From the NCBI GenBank assembly GCA_963744145.1, contig CAVUSO010000001.1, forward strand, positions 3,712,001 through 3,776,000: 64,000 bases of DNA. Direction: 5' to 3'. Shown piece by piece: positions 9,782 through 18,841 of this stretch. Each line of letters starts with the position of its first letter. The stretch's first letter is position 1. A program made the position numbers and the translations under genes. This DNA is from an uncultured cyanobacterium. Lineage in GTDB: Bacteria > Cyanobacteriota > Cyanobacteriia > Cyanobacteriales > CAWUOF01. Under the pieces are notes generated by a model. That model was not told the origin of the DNA. It did not search any database and was given only the letters and a program-made list of their open reading frames with translations.

Positions 9782-11308
9782 ATGTTAAATTGTCAGTGGA
9801 AAATCAGCCTAAATTGGTTTGGGCACAGTGTAGTAGTAACACTTTTAACCAGTAGTTTCCTTAGTTTTAATTTCGGTAACCAACCAGTACAAGCAGAACC
9901 CTCAGCTTACTGTCAACAGTCATCCACCGCGATCGCCCAAAAAAATCAACTCCGTCAAGCTGCATTAACCGGCGATCGCCAGAGTGAAAGTGCCTATCGC
10001 ACTATTCTCGCTCAACAAGCAGACGCCTTACAATTGTGTCGTCGTCAAACTTGGCCCCAAACTCAAGCCATCTGGTTACGGCTTTATCCTTGTGATATTA
10101 GACCAGGAGTCATTGATAAAATTTTTGATGACATTGTAAATCGCGGCTATAACCAAGTTTATGTTGAGTCATTTTACGATAGCCAAGTGCTGTTACCCGC
10201 CGCAGATAACCCGACTAATTGGATCTCAGTGCTCCGGATTCCAGGGGAAGAAAAAACCGATCTCTTAGCTACAGCAATTCAAAAAGGGCACGATCGCGGT
10301 CTGAAAGTTTATGCTTGGTTATATAGCTTGAATTTTGGCTACTCCTACGCTCAACGTCCCGATCGCCAAAATGTGTTAGCTCGTAATGCCCAAAATCAAA
10401 CCAGTTTGGATATATCTACCGATGTAGAATTAGATATTAAAGGTGGAGCTAATCAATCTGATAACGCCTTTGTCGATCCTTACCATCCTCAAGCTCGAGC
10501 AGACTACAATAACATGATTAATGCGATTCTGCAACGCCGACCGGATGGAGTTTTATTTGACTATATTCGTTTTCCGCGACAGGTAGGGGGAGCTTCAGTT
10601 GCCACCAATGTGAAAGATTTATGGGTTTACGGTGAAGCAGCTCAAAATACTTTATACCAAAGAGCGCTAAATCATAAAGGTTTAGAGTTGATCCGCCGCT
10701 TTTTGAAACAGGGATTTGTGACAATTGATGATATTACTAGGGTAGATAAGCTATTTCCGAAGGAAGGAGAACCACTCTGGCAAGGACGTAATCCTACTCT
10801 GACTGCTTCTTTAGCACCCGCAATCCAGCGTCAACCTCAAATTCAACTGGAACTATGGGAACTCAGTGTTGCCCATGCAATGCAAGGGGTAATCGACTTT
10901 CTCAACCAAGCAATCCAACCCGTCGAACAGCAAGGAATTCCTGCCGGAGCAGTGTTTTTTCCGGAAGGAAATCAAGTAATTAGACAAGGTTTTGACTCGC
11001 GGTTGCAACCATGGGAACGTTTTCCCAGTTCGATCGAATGGCATCCCATGGTTTATGGGATTTGCGGGGACAGCAGTTGTATAATTTCCGAGTTACAGCG
11101 GGTTTTGAATTATGCACCACCTGGCACTAATGTGATGCCAGCTTTAGCAGGAGTTTGGGGTCAATCTCTGAAAAACCGTCCCTCTCTAGAAACTCAAATG
11201 CAAGATATTCATCGCGCGGCTCCCCAAGTTAATGGAGTTAGCCATTTTGCCTATTCTTGGCAAGAACCTGATTTTGATAATGACCGTAAATTCTGTCAAG
11301 TCAAATGA
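9782..11308 (+). CDS. Glycoside hydrolase-like family 10 (DUF187-type) secreted protein
   Basis: Signal-like N-terminus, GLKVYAW, PDGVLFDYIR, GVSHFAYSW. Confidence 0.75.
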   Translation: MLNCQWKISLNWFGHSVVVTLLTSSFLSFNFGNQPVQAEPSAYCQQSSTAIAQKNQLRQAALTGDRQSESAYRTILAQQADALQLCRRQTWPQTQAIWLRLYPCDIRPGVIDKIFDDIVNRGYNQVYVESFYDSQVLLPAADNPTNWISVLRIPGEEKTDLLATAIQKGHDRGLKVYAWLYSLNFGYSYAQRPDRQNVLARNAQNQTSLDISTDVELDIKGGANQSDNAFVDPYHPQARADYNNMINAILQRRPDGVLFDYIRFPRQVGGASVATNVKDLWVYGEAAQNTLYQRALNHKGLELIRRFLKQGFVTIDDITRVDKLFPKEGEPLWQGRNPTLTASLAPAIQRQPQIQLELWELSVAHAMQGVIDFLNQAIQPVEQQGIPAGAVFFPEGNQVIRQGFDSRLQPWERFPSSIEWHPMVYGICGDSSCIISELQRVLNYAPPGTNVMPALAGVWGQSLKNRPSLETQMQDIHRAAPQVNGVSHFAYSWQEPDFDNDRKFCQVK

Positions 11309-11314
11309 TGGGTT

Positions 11315-11497
11315 TTAAGCAATACTGATCCAACCACGACGGATACTATAGAGTAGTCGAGTAATGATTTGCTGTGATTCTGAATCCATCATGGCATTAG
11401 CCGCAGTCAGTAGGATTTTAAATTCGTCTGTATTAAGAACACCACGATGGTTAGCTGTGGCAAAGATATCGGTGAGGACTTCGTTGATGGAATACAT
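11315..11497 (-). CDS. Small conserved cyanobacterial hypothetical protein
   Basis: 60 aa ATG ORF ending ITRLLYSIRRGWI, a tail typical of small cyanobacterial proteins. Confidence 0.65.
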   Translation of the reverse strand: MYSINEVLTDIFATANHRGVLNTDEFKILLTAANAMMDSESQQIITRLLYSIRRGWISIA

Positions 11498-11621
11498 CAG
11501 TCTTTAACCCTAAACTCTACATCTTAATCATCGGGGTAAAATCCTATTCCTGATATGATCAGCATCTATATAAATGTGTGATACCTCCCTGGGTTTGGCG
11601 TGATCAGCACAAGATTAGACC

Positions 11622-11637
11622 AGTGATGCCGATCACA
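11622..11637 (-). promoter_or_regulatory. CRP-like box
   Basis: Minus strand TGTGA-TCGGCA-TCACT (one mismatch to TGTGA-N6-TCACA), about 125 bp upstream of the 60-aa gene. Confidence 0.45.
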
Positions 11638-11657
11638 AAAACTAGAATTCATCACAC

Positions 11658-12059
11658 CTATATAAGCTTTACAGGCAAATTTTTATTAATTTCAATCAAG
11701 CTAATTGTACCATCTTCTATGACAGAATTTCCTAGTATCGTTTCTTCTAAAGCATGAAATTTAGATTTGGTTTCGCGAATATTTTCGTAATGTAAGACAA
11801 TATGGTATCTTTTTTTAATTGGTTTTCCTGTCTCGGAAAATTCTACAGCATCCAAATCCCGGTTTTGTTCTAGCTCAACCATCTCCCGATATGAACTTGC
11901 TAATTGTTCTAGGGTGATAGCGATCGCGTGTTCGGCAGTTTGCCCGTAACAGGTGGTGTCCGCTCTCGGTGGGTCAAGAACAGATGACATTTGACAAACG
12001 AACTGTCCTTGATCGTTAGTGTGAACATTCATCGTAATTGTACTAGTAATTGTATTCAT
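11658..12059 (-). CDS. Hypothetical protein, HicB-like N-terminal fold; tandem paralog 1
   Basis: CYGQTAEHAIAITLE resembles the HicB core; colinear with 12249-12659. Confidence 0.6.
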   Translation of the reverse strand: MNTITSTITMNVHTNDQGQFVCQMSSVLDPPRADTTCYGQTAEHAIAITLEQLASSYREMVELEQNRDLDAVEFSETGKPIKKRYHIVLHYENIRETKSKFHALEETILGNSVIEDGTISLIEINKNLPVKLI

Positions 12060-12248
12060 TTTTAGGTTAGTTTAAAAGTTAATCTGTAGCTATTTCATCA
12101 TAGCAGATCTATAAACCCAATTATGTCAATTAGGCAATCAGTTTTACTTAATGAGAAAGGGGAGTAGGTTAAATTCCTTTATCTATAGCGAGCTAGGAGC
12201 AATTTTCAATTTTGGTTAATCTTGTTTTAGTAGCGATCGCTCTTACAT

Positions 12249-12659
12249 CTATCCTCGCTCTACAGAGTTTACAGGTAAATTATTATCAATATCAATCACG
12301 TTAATGATCGCATTTTCCACCACGAGATTTTCCATAATTGTGTTTTCAAAAGCCTCAAATTTAGCTGCGGTTTCCCACACAGTTTCGTAATGTAAAACTA
12401 CATGGTATCTTTTCTTAATTGGTTCCCCTGTTTCGGAAAGTTCTACAGCATTCCAATCCGTATTTTGTTGCTCATCAATTATATTTCGATAGGTAATTGC
12501 TAGTCTTTCTAGTGCGATCGCGATCGCGTGTTCTCTCGATTGACCATAACAGATTACTTCTTCTTCTGGTAGATCAAGATCAGATGATATCTGAGCAATA
12601 AAATGTCCTTGCTCATTAGTTTGAACATTAATGGTAATTGTGCTAGTAGTTGGATTCAT
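12249..12659 (-). CDS. Hypothetical protein, HicB-like N-terminal fold; tandem paralog 2
   Basis: CYGQSREHAIAIALE; shares SETG.PIKKRYH.VLHYE with its neighbour. Confidence 0.6.
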   Translation of the reverse strand: MNPTTSTITINVQTNEQGHFIAQISSDLDLPEEEVICYGQSREHAIAIALERLAITYRNIIDEQQNTDWNAVELSETGEPIKKRYHVVLHYETVWETAAKFEAFENTIMENLVVENAIINVIDIDNNLPVNSVERG

Positions 12660-12745
12660 TAGTTTAATTCCTGCTATAATCTAATTTGGTTCTATGTGAA
12701 TGATTAACAAACCCGATTATTGATATAACCGGGTATTCTGAAGAT

Positions 12746-15304
12746 TTATTCAGCAACCACAAAATTGACTAATTTTCCGGGGACAACAATCACCTTTTTA
12801 ATTTGCTTATCCCCAATATGTCGTTGAGCAGCTTCTGATTCTCTAGCATATTGCTCCAAAATTTGTCGATCATTAGTTACTGGTACTTGAATTGCTCCAC
12901 GAGTTTTCCCATTAATTTGAATGACTAAGGTAATTTCATCGACCACTAACGCATCTGGGGCGAATTTTGGCCAATTTTGCGATAAAACTGCACCTTTATT
13001 ACCACTTAACTCCCATAATTCTGCCGCAATATGAGGTGCAAAAGGAGTTAATAACAAAATTAAAGTTTTAATTCCCTCTCCATAAATTACTGAATTTTTA
13101 CAAGCACTATCAGCTAAAGCATTACTCAGTTTCATTAACTCAGAAATTGCAGTATTAAACTGATATTCTCCTTCTAAATCTTCGGTAATTTCCTTAATTG
13201 CGATATTAATTGCACGTCGTAAATCCTTTTCAGGTTTACTTAAATCTGAATGAGAAACCAACTTATGTTGCTGATCCACAAACTCAGTTACCAATCTCCA
13301 CACCCGATTTAAAAACCGAAATTGTCCTTCCACATCAGCATCTTCCCACTCTAAATCCTTTTCTGGTGGTGCTTTAAACAAAATAAACATCCGAGCTGTA
13401 TCTGCACCATATTTAGCCAACACTTGGAGCGGATCAATTCCATTATATTTCGACTTAGACATCTTTTCATAAAAGACTTCTAAGGGTTCTCCACTTTCGG
13501 GATCTTTAGGACTATTTGGATCAACCTCATGGGAAGGAAAATATTTACCAGTAACCGGATTTTTATAGGTTAAACCTTGCACCATCCCTTGGGTGAGTAA
13601 ACGTTGAAAAGGTTCGTCAAAATTTAATAAACCGCGATCGCGCAATACTTTCGTAAAGAAGCGAGAATAAAGTAGGTGTAAAATCGCGTGTTCAATTCCT
13701 CCTACATATTGATCCACCGGCATAAAATCATTAACTTTAACTTCGTCAAAAGCTTTGTGTTCATTATTCGCGTCAGTATAGCGGAGATAATACCAGGAGG
13801 AATCAATAAAAGTATCCATAGTATCGGTTTCCCGTTTCGCAGGAGTACCACAACTTGGACAAGACACATTCACCCAGCTTTCTAGTTGTGCTAAAGGTGA
13901 AAGACCGCGACCAGTAAACTCGACATTTTCTGGTAATTTAACTGGTAATTGTTCTTCTGGAACTGCTACAGCACCACAATTCGGACAATGAATAATGGGA
14001 ATTGGTGCTCCCCAATAACGTTGTCGAGAAATGAGCCAATCCCGAAGACGATATTGAATTCTCGCTTTACCAAAACCTTGTTTTTCTGCATATTCAATGA
14101 CTGCTTGCTTCCCTTCACTTGAGGGTAGATTATTAAATTGAGCCGAATTAACCATAATTCCCGCATCAGTATAAGCTGATGTGAGACTTTGATTTGCGTC
14201 TCCTCCTGGAGGTAAGATTACCACCTGAATTGGCAAATTTTGTTGTTTAGCAAATTGAAAATCTCTGACATCATGAGCAGGAACACCCATCACTGCTCCT
14301 GTACCATATTCATAAAGAACATAATCAGCAATCCAGATCGGAATTTCTAATCCAGTGAAGGGATTAAGTGCTTTACCACCAGTAGGAATACCCTGTTTCG
14401 GTTTATCTTCAGCAGTTCGATCTAATTCGCTTTGATTAGCTACTTCTTTAATAAAGCTTTCTACAGCTAATTTTCGCTCTGGAGTAGTAACTAGAGGAGT
14501 GAGAGGATGTTCTGGTGCCAAAACCACATAGGTAACACCATATACAGTATCAGGTCTAGTCGTATAAACACCAATTTTTTCATCTAGCCCGACAATGGGA
14601 AATTCTAAATAAGCTCCGGTCGATTTACCAATCCAGTTAGCCTGCATTAGTTTGACTTTTTCCGGCCATCCTGTCAACTGCTCTAGATCATTTAGTAGTT
14701 GTTCTGCATAATTGGTAATTTTCAGAAACCACTGCTTCAGAAGTTTGCGTTCAACTTTAGCACCAGAACGCCAAGATTTGCCTTCGTTGTCTACTTGTTC
14801 GTTCGCGAGTACGGTTTGATCAACTGGGTCCCAATTAACTGTAGCTTCTTTTTGATAAGCGAGTTCTGCTTGGAAGAATTGTAGAAAAATCCACTGAGTC
14901 CATTTATAATAGTCAGGGGAACAGGTAGTTACTTCTCGGTTCCAATCAAAAGATATACCCAAATGTTGTAATTGCCCTTTCATTTGGGCAATGTTTTCAT
15001 AGGTCCACTTCGCTGGGTGGATTCCTCTCGCGATCGCTGCATTTTCTGCTGGTAGTCCAAATGCGTCCCACCCCATTGGATTGAGAACACGATACCCTTG
15101 CATCCGTTTTAATCGGGCAATTACATCTACAATAGTATAGACGCGAACGTGACCCATGTGCAGGTTGCCCGATGGATAGGGAAACATGGACAGGGTGTAA
15201 AATTTTGGCTGATTTTTATCTGTGGGAGTTTGGTTGAAACCTTGTTCTTCCCAAGTTTTTTGCCATTTTGATTCAATGGATGCAGGATTATATCTCGACT
15301 CCAC
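12746..15304 (-). CDS. leuS: Leucine--tRNA ligase
   Basis: [46 protein letters not shown]. Confidence 0.98.
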   Translation of the reverse strand: MESRYNPASIESKWQKTWEEQGFNQTPTDKNQPKFYTLSMFPYPSGNLHMGHVRVYTIVDVIARLKRMQGYRVLNPMGWDAFGLPAENAAIARGIHPAKWTYENIAQMKGQLQHLGISFDWNREVTTCSPDYYKWTQWIFLQFFQAELAYQKEATVNWDPVDQTVLANEQVDNEGKSWRSGAKVERKLLKQWFLKITNYAEQLLNDLEQLTGWPEKVKLMQANWIGKSTGAYLEFPIVGLDEKIGVYTTRPDTVYGVTYVVLAPEHPLTPLVTTPERKLAVESFIKEVANQSELDRTAEDKPKQGIPTGGKALNPFTGLEIPIWIADYVLYEYGTGAVMGVPAHDVRDFQFAKQQNLPIQVVILPPGGDANQSLTSAYTDAGIMVNSAQFNNLPSSEGKQAVIEYAEKQGFGKARIQYRLRDWLISRQRYWGAPIPIIHCPNCGAVAVPEEQLPVKLPENVEFTGRGLSPLAQLESWVNVSCPSCGTPAKRETDTMDTFIDSSWYYLRYTDANNEHKAFDEVKVNDFMPVDQYVGGIEHAILHLLYSRFFTKVLRDRGLLNFDEPFQRLLTQGMVQGLTYKNPVTGKYFPSHEVDPNSPKDPESGEPLEVFYEKMSKSKYNGIDPLQVLAKYGADTARMFILFKAPPEKDLEWEDADVEGQFRFLNRVWRLVTEFVDQQHKLVSHSDLSKPEKDLRRAINIAIKEITEDLEGEYQFNTAISELMKLSNALADSACKNSVIYGEGIKTLILLLTPFAPHIAAELWELSGNKGAVLSQNWPKFAPDALVVDEITLVIQINGKTRGAIQVPVTNDRQILEQYARESEAAQRHIGDKQIKKVIVVPGKLVNFVVAE

Positions 15305-15435
15305 TGTTATGCTCCGATACTGGACTAATAATCTTTTCTGTAGGGATATTTTGGCATATTTCTGGTTAGGCTTGAGATTTAATCTGTAAACATGAAAAAT
15401 AATAATAATGATGATGATGTTTTTTAACTAAGCCG

Positions 15436-15876
15436 ATGGTAAATTTGATTAGAGTATTTGTTTATGGAACTTTGAAACCAGGAGAAATCAACTATAAACC
15501 TTATTGTGAGGGTAGGGTTGAGCAATGGCAACAAGCGATCGCTTTTGGTCAACTATACCATCTCAGCCAACGAGGTTATCCAGGTATGACTATTGGTAAT
15601 ACTCCTGTTCACGGTGTAGTGATTTCCTTTACTGATCCCAATATTTTTGAGCAGATGGATTGGCTGGAAACTTATCAACCCGATCGCCCACCAGCGGAAA
15701 ATGAATATCAACGAGAAAAAATCACAGTTTTCGACCTGAATGGACAATCCTTAGGTCAAGTTTGGGTATATCTCATGCTACCAGAACGGATTGAGGCACT
15801 TGGCGGCACTTTAATTGCCCATGGTTGGTGGGGTAGTGGTGCCCCACCAGCAAATTTTTGTTTACCACCAATTTAA
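15436..15876 (+). CDS. Gamma-glutamylcyclotransferase family protein
   Basis: VFVYGTLKPGE, GYPG, DWLE motifs. Confidence 0.88.
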   Translation: MVNLIRVFVYGTLKPGEINYKPYCEGRVEQWQQAIAFGQLYHLSQRGYPGMTIGNTPVHGVVISFTDPNIFEQMDWLETYQPDRPPAENEYQREKITVFDLNGQSLGQVWVYLMLPERIEALGGTLIAHGWWGSGAPPANFCLPPI

Positions 15877-16421
15877 TGGGCTGAGTTGACATGGACTTGA
15901 ATCTTCATCATTGGTTTGATGGGATTTGCTACTGCTGCTTTGGGAATTTCAATCACGGGACGGTTTAAAGCCACCATCAAGGGCTCTTGCACTTCCCCGA
16001 TCGCTGGTTTAGAGGTTAGGTTAGCTAATTCCAGCTTGAGCGATTGAGTTCCGGGAATTACCCCGGTAATACAACCAATAAACAAAGCCGCGATCGCCGA
16101 GCCACATCCCCATAATGTACGTCTCTGGTTAATTTTCGCAAATATTTGTTTTACTGTCACATCTACCGATTGAGCTGTGACTGGTACAGTCATGGTCTGT
16201 AAACCTTGACGTACTTCCAACAGACGAGCGTACAAATCTTGGACTACGGGATCTTCTGTCAGCCATTGTTGAACTTGTCTACGTTCTTGAGCGGTTACCT
16301 CACCATCCAGGTAAGCACTTAGCAATTCAAAGCGATCGCGTTGTAACATATCCAGCGCACCCTTATGTTGATCTTTTTTTTCCACATTTAAATCGTTGTG
16401 GTACTCATAGTCAGGAGCCAT
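15873..16421 (-). CDS. Anti-sigma factor for SigG (single transmembrane)
   Basis: RDRFELLSAYLDGEVT, one TM segment, directly downstream of the ECF sigma factor. Confidence 0.85.
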   Translation of the reverse strand: MAPDYEYHNDLNVEKKDQHKGALDMLQRDRFELLSAYLDGEVTAQERRQVQQWLTEDPVVQDLYARLLEVRQGLQTMTVPVTAQSVDVTVKQIFAKINQRRTLWGCGSAIAALFIGCITGVIPGTQSLKLELANLTSKPAIGEVQEPLMVALNRPVIEIPKAAVANPIKPMMKIQVHVNSAH

Positions 16422-16571
16422 TTTTCCACCATTACCTAATGACACTAGGGAATCACACTTTAACAAAAACACTTTTAGCTAGTCTAAATTATCGGATTAT
16501 AAATGCACTTTTTTGGTTCCAGTCAATTTTCCCAAACGATGATCACCGTACTTTTCTGATCAAACCTTATT

Positions 16572-17231
16572 TTACTCTCCATCTAAATAATTTTGCAACT
16601 GAAATTGTAATCGTTGACGCGCTCTAGCAATCCGCGACTTGACTGTACCTAAAGAAACCCCGGTAATTTCGGCGATTTCTTCATAAGCCATCCCTTCAAT
16701 TTCCCGGAGTACGATGGTCGTCCGAAAAACTTCTGGGAGGTCGGCGATCGCTTGTCGCAATTGATCATAAAATTCAGTAGTGGTCAGGTTTTCTTCATGT
16801 TCAGGCTCATTAGCAGCAATTTCCCAATCCATTTCTCCATCTTCTACTGTGCGGGGAGCATCCAGAGATAATGGATCTCGGACTCGCTTGCGTTTACGCA
16901 GTTCATCGTAGAATAGGTTAGTGGCAATTCGACTTAACCAACCTCGAAATTTTACTGGGTCATTTAAACGACCAACATTACGATACACCCGAATCCATAC
17001 TTCTTGAGCTAAGTCAGCTCGATCTTGCCAATCCGGGGCTAAATGATATAAAACCTTTTCCACATGAGACTGATAGCGACGTAACAATTCAGCAAAAGCT
17101 AATCGATCAGGACGTAGTCCTTCTTGACAGCGCAAGATGAGATCGTAATTAGCAAGTTTCTCCGCAGGAACGGCTACTTGAGCAACCGTCCCCTCAATCG
17201 TTGACCAGGTTACGGGAATAGAATGACTCAT
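16572..17231 (-). CDS. sigG: ECF RNA polymerase sigma factor SigG
   Basis: DLAQEVWIRVY, FRGWLSRIATNLFYDELRKR, YEEIAEITGVSLGTVKSRIARAR. Confidence 0.92.
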   Translation of the reverse strand: MSHSIPVTWSTIEGTVAQVAVPAEKLANYDLILRCQEGLRPDRLAFAELLRRYQSHVEKVLYHLAPDWQDRADLAQEVWIRVYRNVGRLNDPVKFRGWLSRIATNLFYDELRKRKRVRDPLSLDAPRTVEDGEMDWEIAANEPEHEENLTTTEFYDQLRQAIADLPEVFRTTIVLREIEGMAYEEIAEITGVSLGTVKSRIARARQRLQFQLQNYLDGE

Positions 17232-17269
17232 GGATGGAAGTAGCTATCGAGTGAACATTCCATCATTTA

Positions 17270-17295
17270 AGACGCTTTGTTGTCAGTAAAGTTCC
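17270..17295 (-). promoter_or_regulatory. ECF-type promoter, probable SigG autoregulation
   Basis: Minus strand GGAAC-N17-GTCT about 40 bp upstream of the sigG ATG. Confidence 0.65.
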
Positions 17296-17573
17296 CGACA
17301 TTTGGCGATCTAAAATAGATGTTAATCCTAATATTATAAATAAAAAATTTAATTTTGTCTAGCCACAGACGGTTTTCTAATTGTCCCAGTGTTCTTAACT
17401 GGTTTGATCGTTCGATTATATATCAATGATACAGGGGCTGATCTAGAACCCTGTTGCTTGAGATATCACCAACCAAGAAGCAGACCAGACCGAGTAAACG
17501 GACAGATAAGATGTCTATTCTACAAGAGTCTTTTTTGATTGTAGCACAGGCCATTAAATTCCCAAACTTCCCT

Positions 17574-17867
17574 CCCACCCCTACAGAAATCCGCAAATTG
17601 AGGATAAAATTGGTAGGGACAGGTTCACCAATCAATTCTGTTACCAATAGATCATTATTATAAACCTACCCTGGCCTAACAGATCAACCTCAGATTAAGT
17701 GCAATTTCATAGTAAATTGGTATTACTCCCCTTTCCTGTTAGGAGAGGGGTTGGGGGAGAGGTCAATCTTACTCCCCTTTCCTGTTAGGAGAGGGGTTGG
17801 GGGAGAGGTATTCCTGATTAAGGGGATTGGGGGGATCAATTCCATGCTTCATCAAAAATTGGGATAA
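17574..17867. repeat. Composite of miniature repeat elements
   Basis: 17574-17725 matches 56388-56539 (about 11 mismatches in 152 bp by eye); two 41-bp direct repeats at 17723-17763 and 17769-17809; 17818-17867 resembles the right end of the 53996-54138 element. Confidence 0.85.
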
Positions 17868-17910
17868 AATCACGGTATTATAGTCAAAATCACAACAATT
17901 TAGATTCGCT

Positions 17911-18042
17911 ATGGAACTTGGAGCTATTGTGGGAATTGGGATCGCTGTCTTTCTGGTAATTATTACCGGATTTTCGATCTATACGGCTTTTGGACCCCCT
18001 GCTAAACAATTAGCAGATCCCTTTGATGAACATGAAGACTAA
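17911..18042 (+). CDS. psbN: Photosystem II assembly protein PsbN (missing from the ORF track)
   Basis: Hand translation MELGAIVGIGIAVFLVIITGFSIYTAFGPPAKQLADPFDEHED, 43 aa. Confidence 0.95.
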   Translation: MELGAIVGIGIAVFLVIITGFSIYTAFGPPAKQLADPFDEHED

Positions 18043-18108
18043 TTAATCATGGTTTTCTCTGTGTATTGCTCGATCTTTAAGATTGCCGATCGCAATACAC
18101 CCTGCTAA

Positions 18109-18798
18109 TTAGCGACATAAAATCAAATTACCTTTATCACCCCGACGACCATGAGAAATCCATCCACGTACTGGTGCTTGGATTTGAATCCAATTATAAC
18201 CATCGACAAAAACGCTATTGGGTGGATAATTCGTTAAAGTAATTGTGTCTCCATTAGTGACACCTCCAATTTGAGGACTACTCAGACTCGGTCCAGAACG
18301 AATAACTAAACCATCTTTTACAGGTGTTTGGACTTGACGACAAAGATTCGGATTTACCGGGTAAGGATTTGCAGGATCAGGTGGTTGGTAAGGAAGTGAC
18401 TGTGGATTATTGCGATTAACTGCGATCGTAATGTGAGATTTAAACCGTCCATTGTTCCAACAACCGATTTGAATTTCCCCATAACTGCTATATTGTAAGC
18501 TATTATTCTTCCTGTACCAATAGTTATCTGCCATCTGTTTTTGAACTCTGGGGGTGTTCACTTCTCCAAAACAAACTTTTTCAAGGTTGAGAAATGCTTC
18601 CGCGTCTTGAGGGTTGAACCCGTAGTTCAAATCAGGATCTTTCTGATTCCAATGCTCCCATCCCATCCATCCTGATTCTGTATGGTTTACATTATTGGGA
18701 TTGTTTGCTTGTGCTTTGACTGATGATACGTTGGTGAATAAGGGATGACAGGTAGCAATACACAGTAAGCTCATGGAAAAAAAAGTTTTAGTTTTCAT
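18109..18798 (-). CDS. Secreted protein with C-terminal bacterial SH3 domain
   Basis: Signal peptide; GLVIRSGPSLSSPQIG...WIQI.AP.RGWIS. Confidence 0.75.
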   Translation of the reverse strand: MKTKTFFSMSLLCIATCHPLFTNVSSVKAQANNPNNVNHTESGWMGWEHWNQKDPDLNYGFNPQDAEAFLNLEKVCFGEVNTPRVQKQMADNYWYRKNNSLQYSSYGEIQIGCWNNGRFKSHITIAVNRNNPQSLPYQPPDPANPYPVNPNLCRQVQTPVKDGLVIRSGPSLSSPQIGGVTNGDTITLTNYPPNSVFVDGYNWIQIQAPVRGWISHGRRGDKGNLILCR

Positions 18799-18841
18799 GG
18801 TTGGTGCTTTTTATACTACAAAGACAAACAGAGTTTACCGA

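Noticed and set aside
17423..17663. ORFs 17423-17647 (-) and 17454-17663 (+)
   Set aside because: They run into a dispersed repeat, use non-ATG starts and show no recognisable domain.
17723..17809. CRISPR array
   Set aside because: Only two units separated by 5 bp; no spacers or cas genes.
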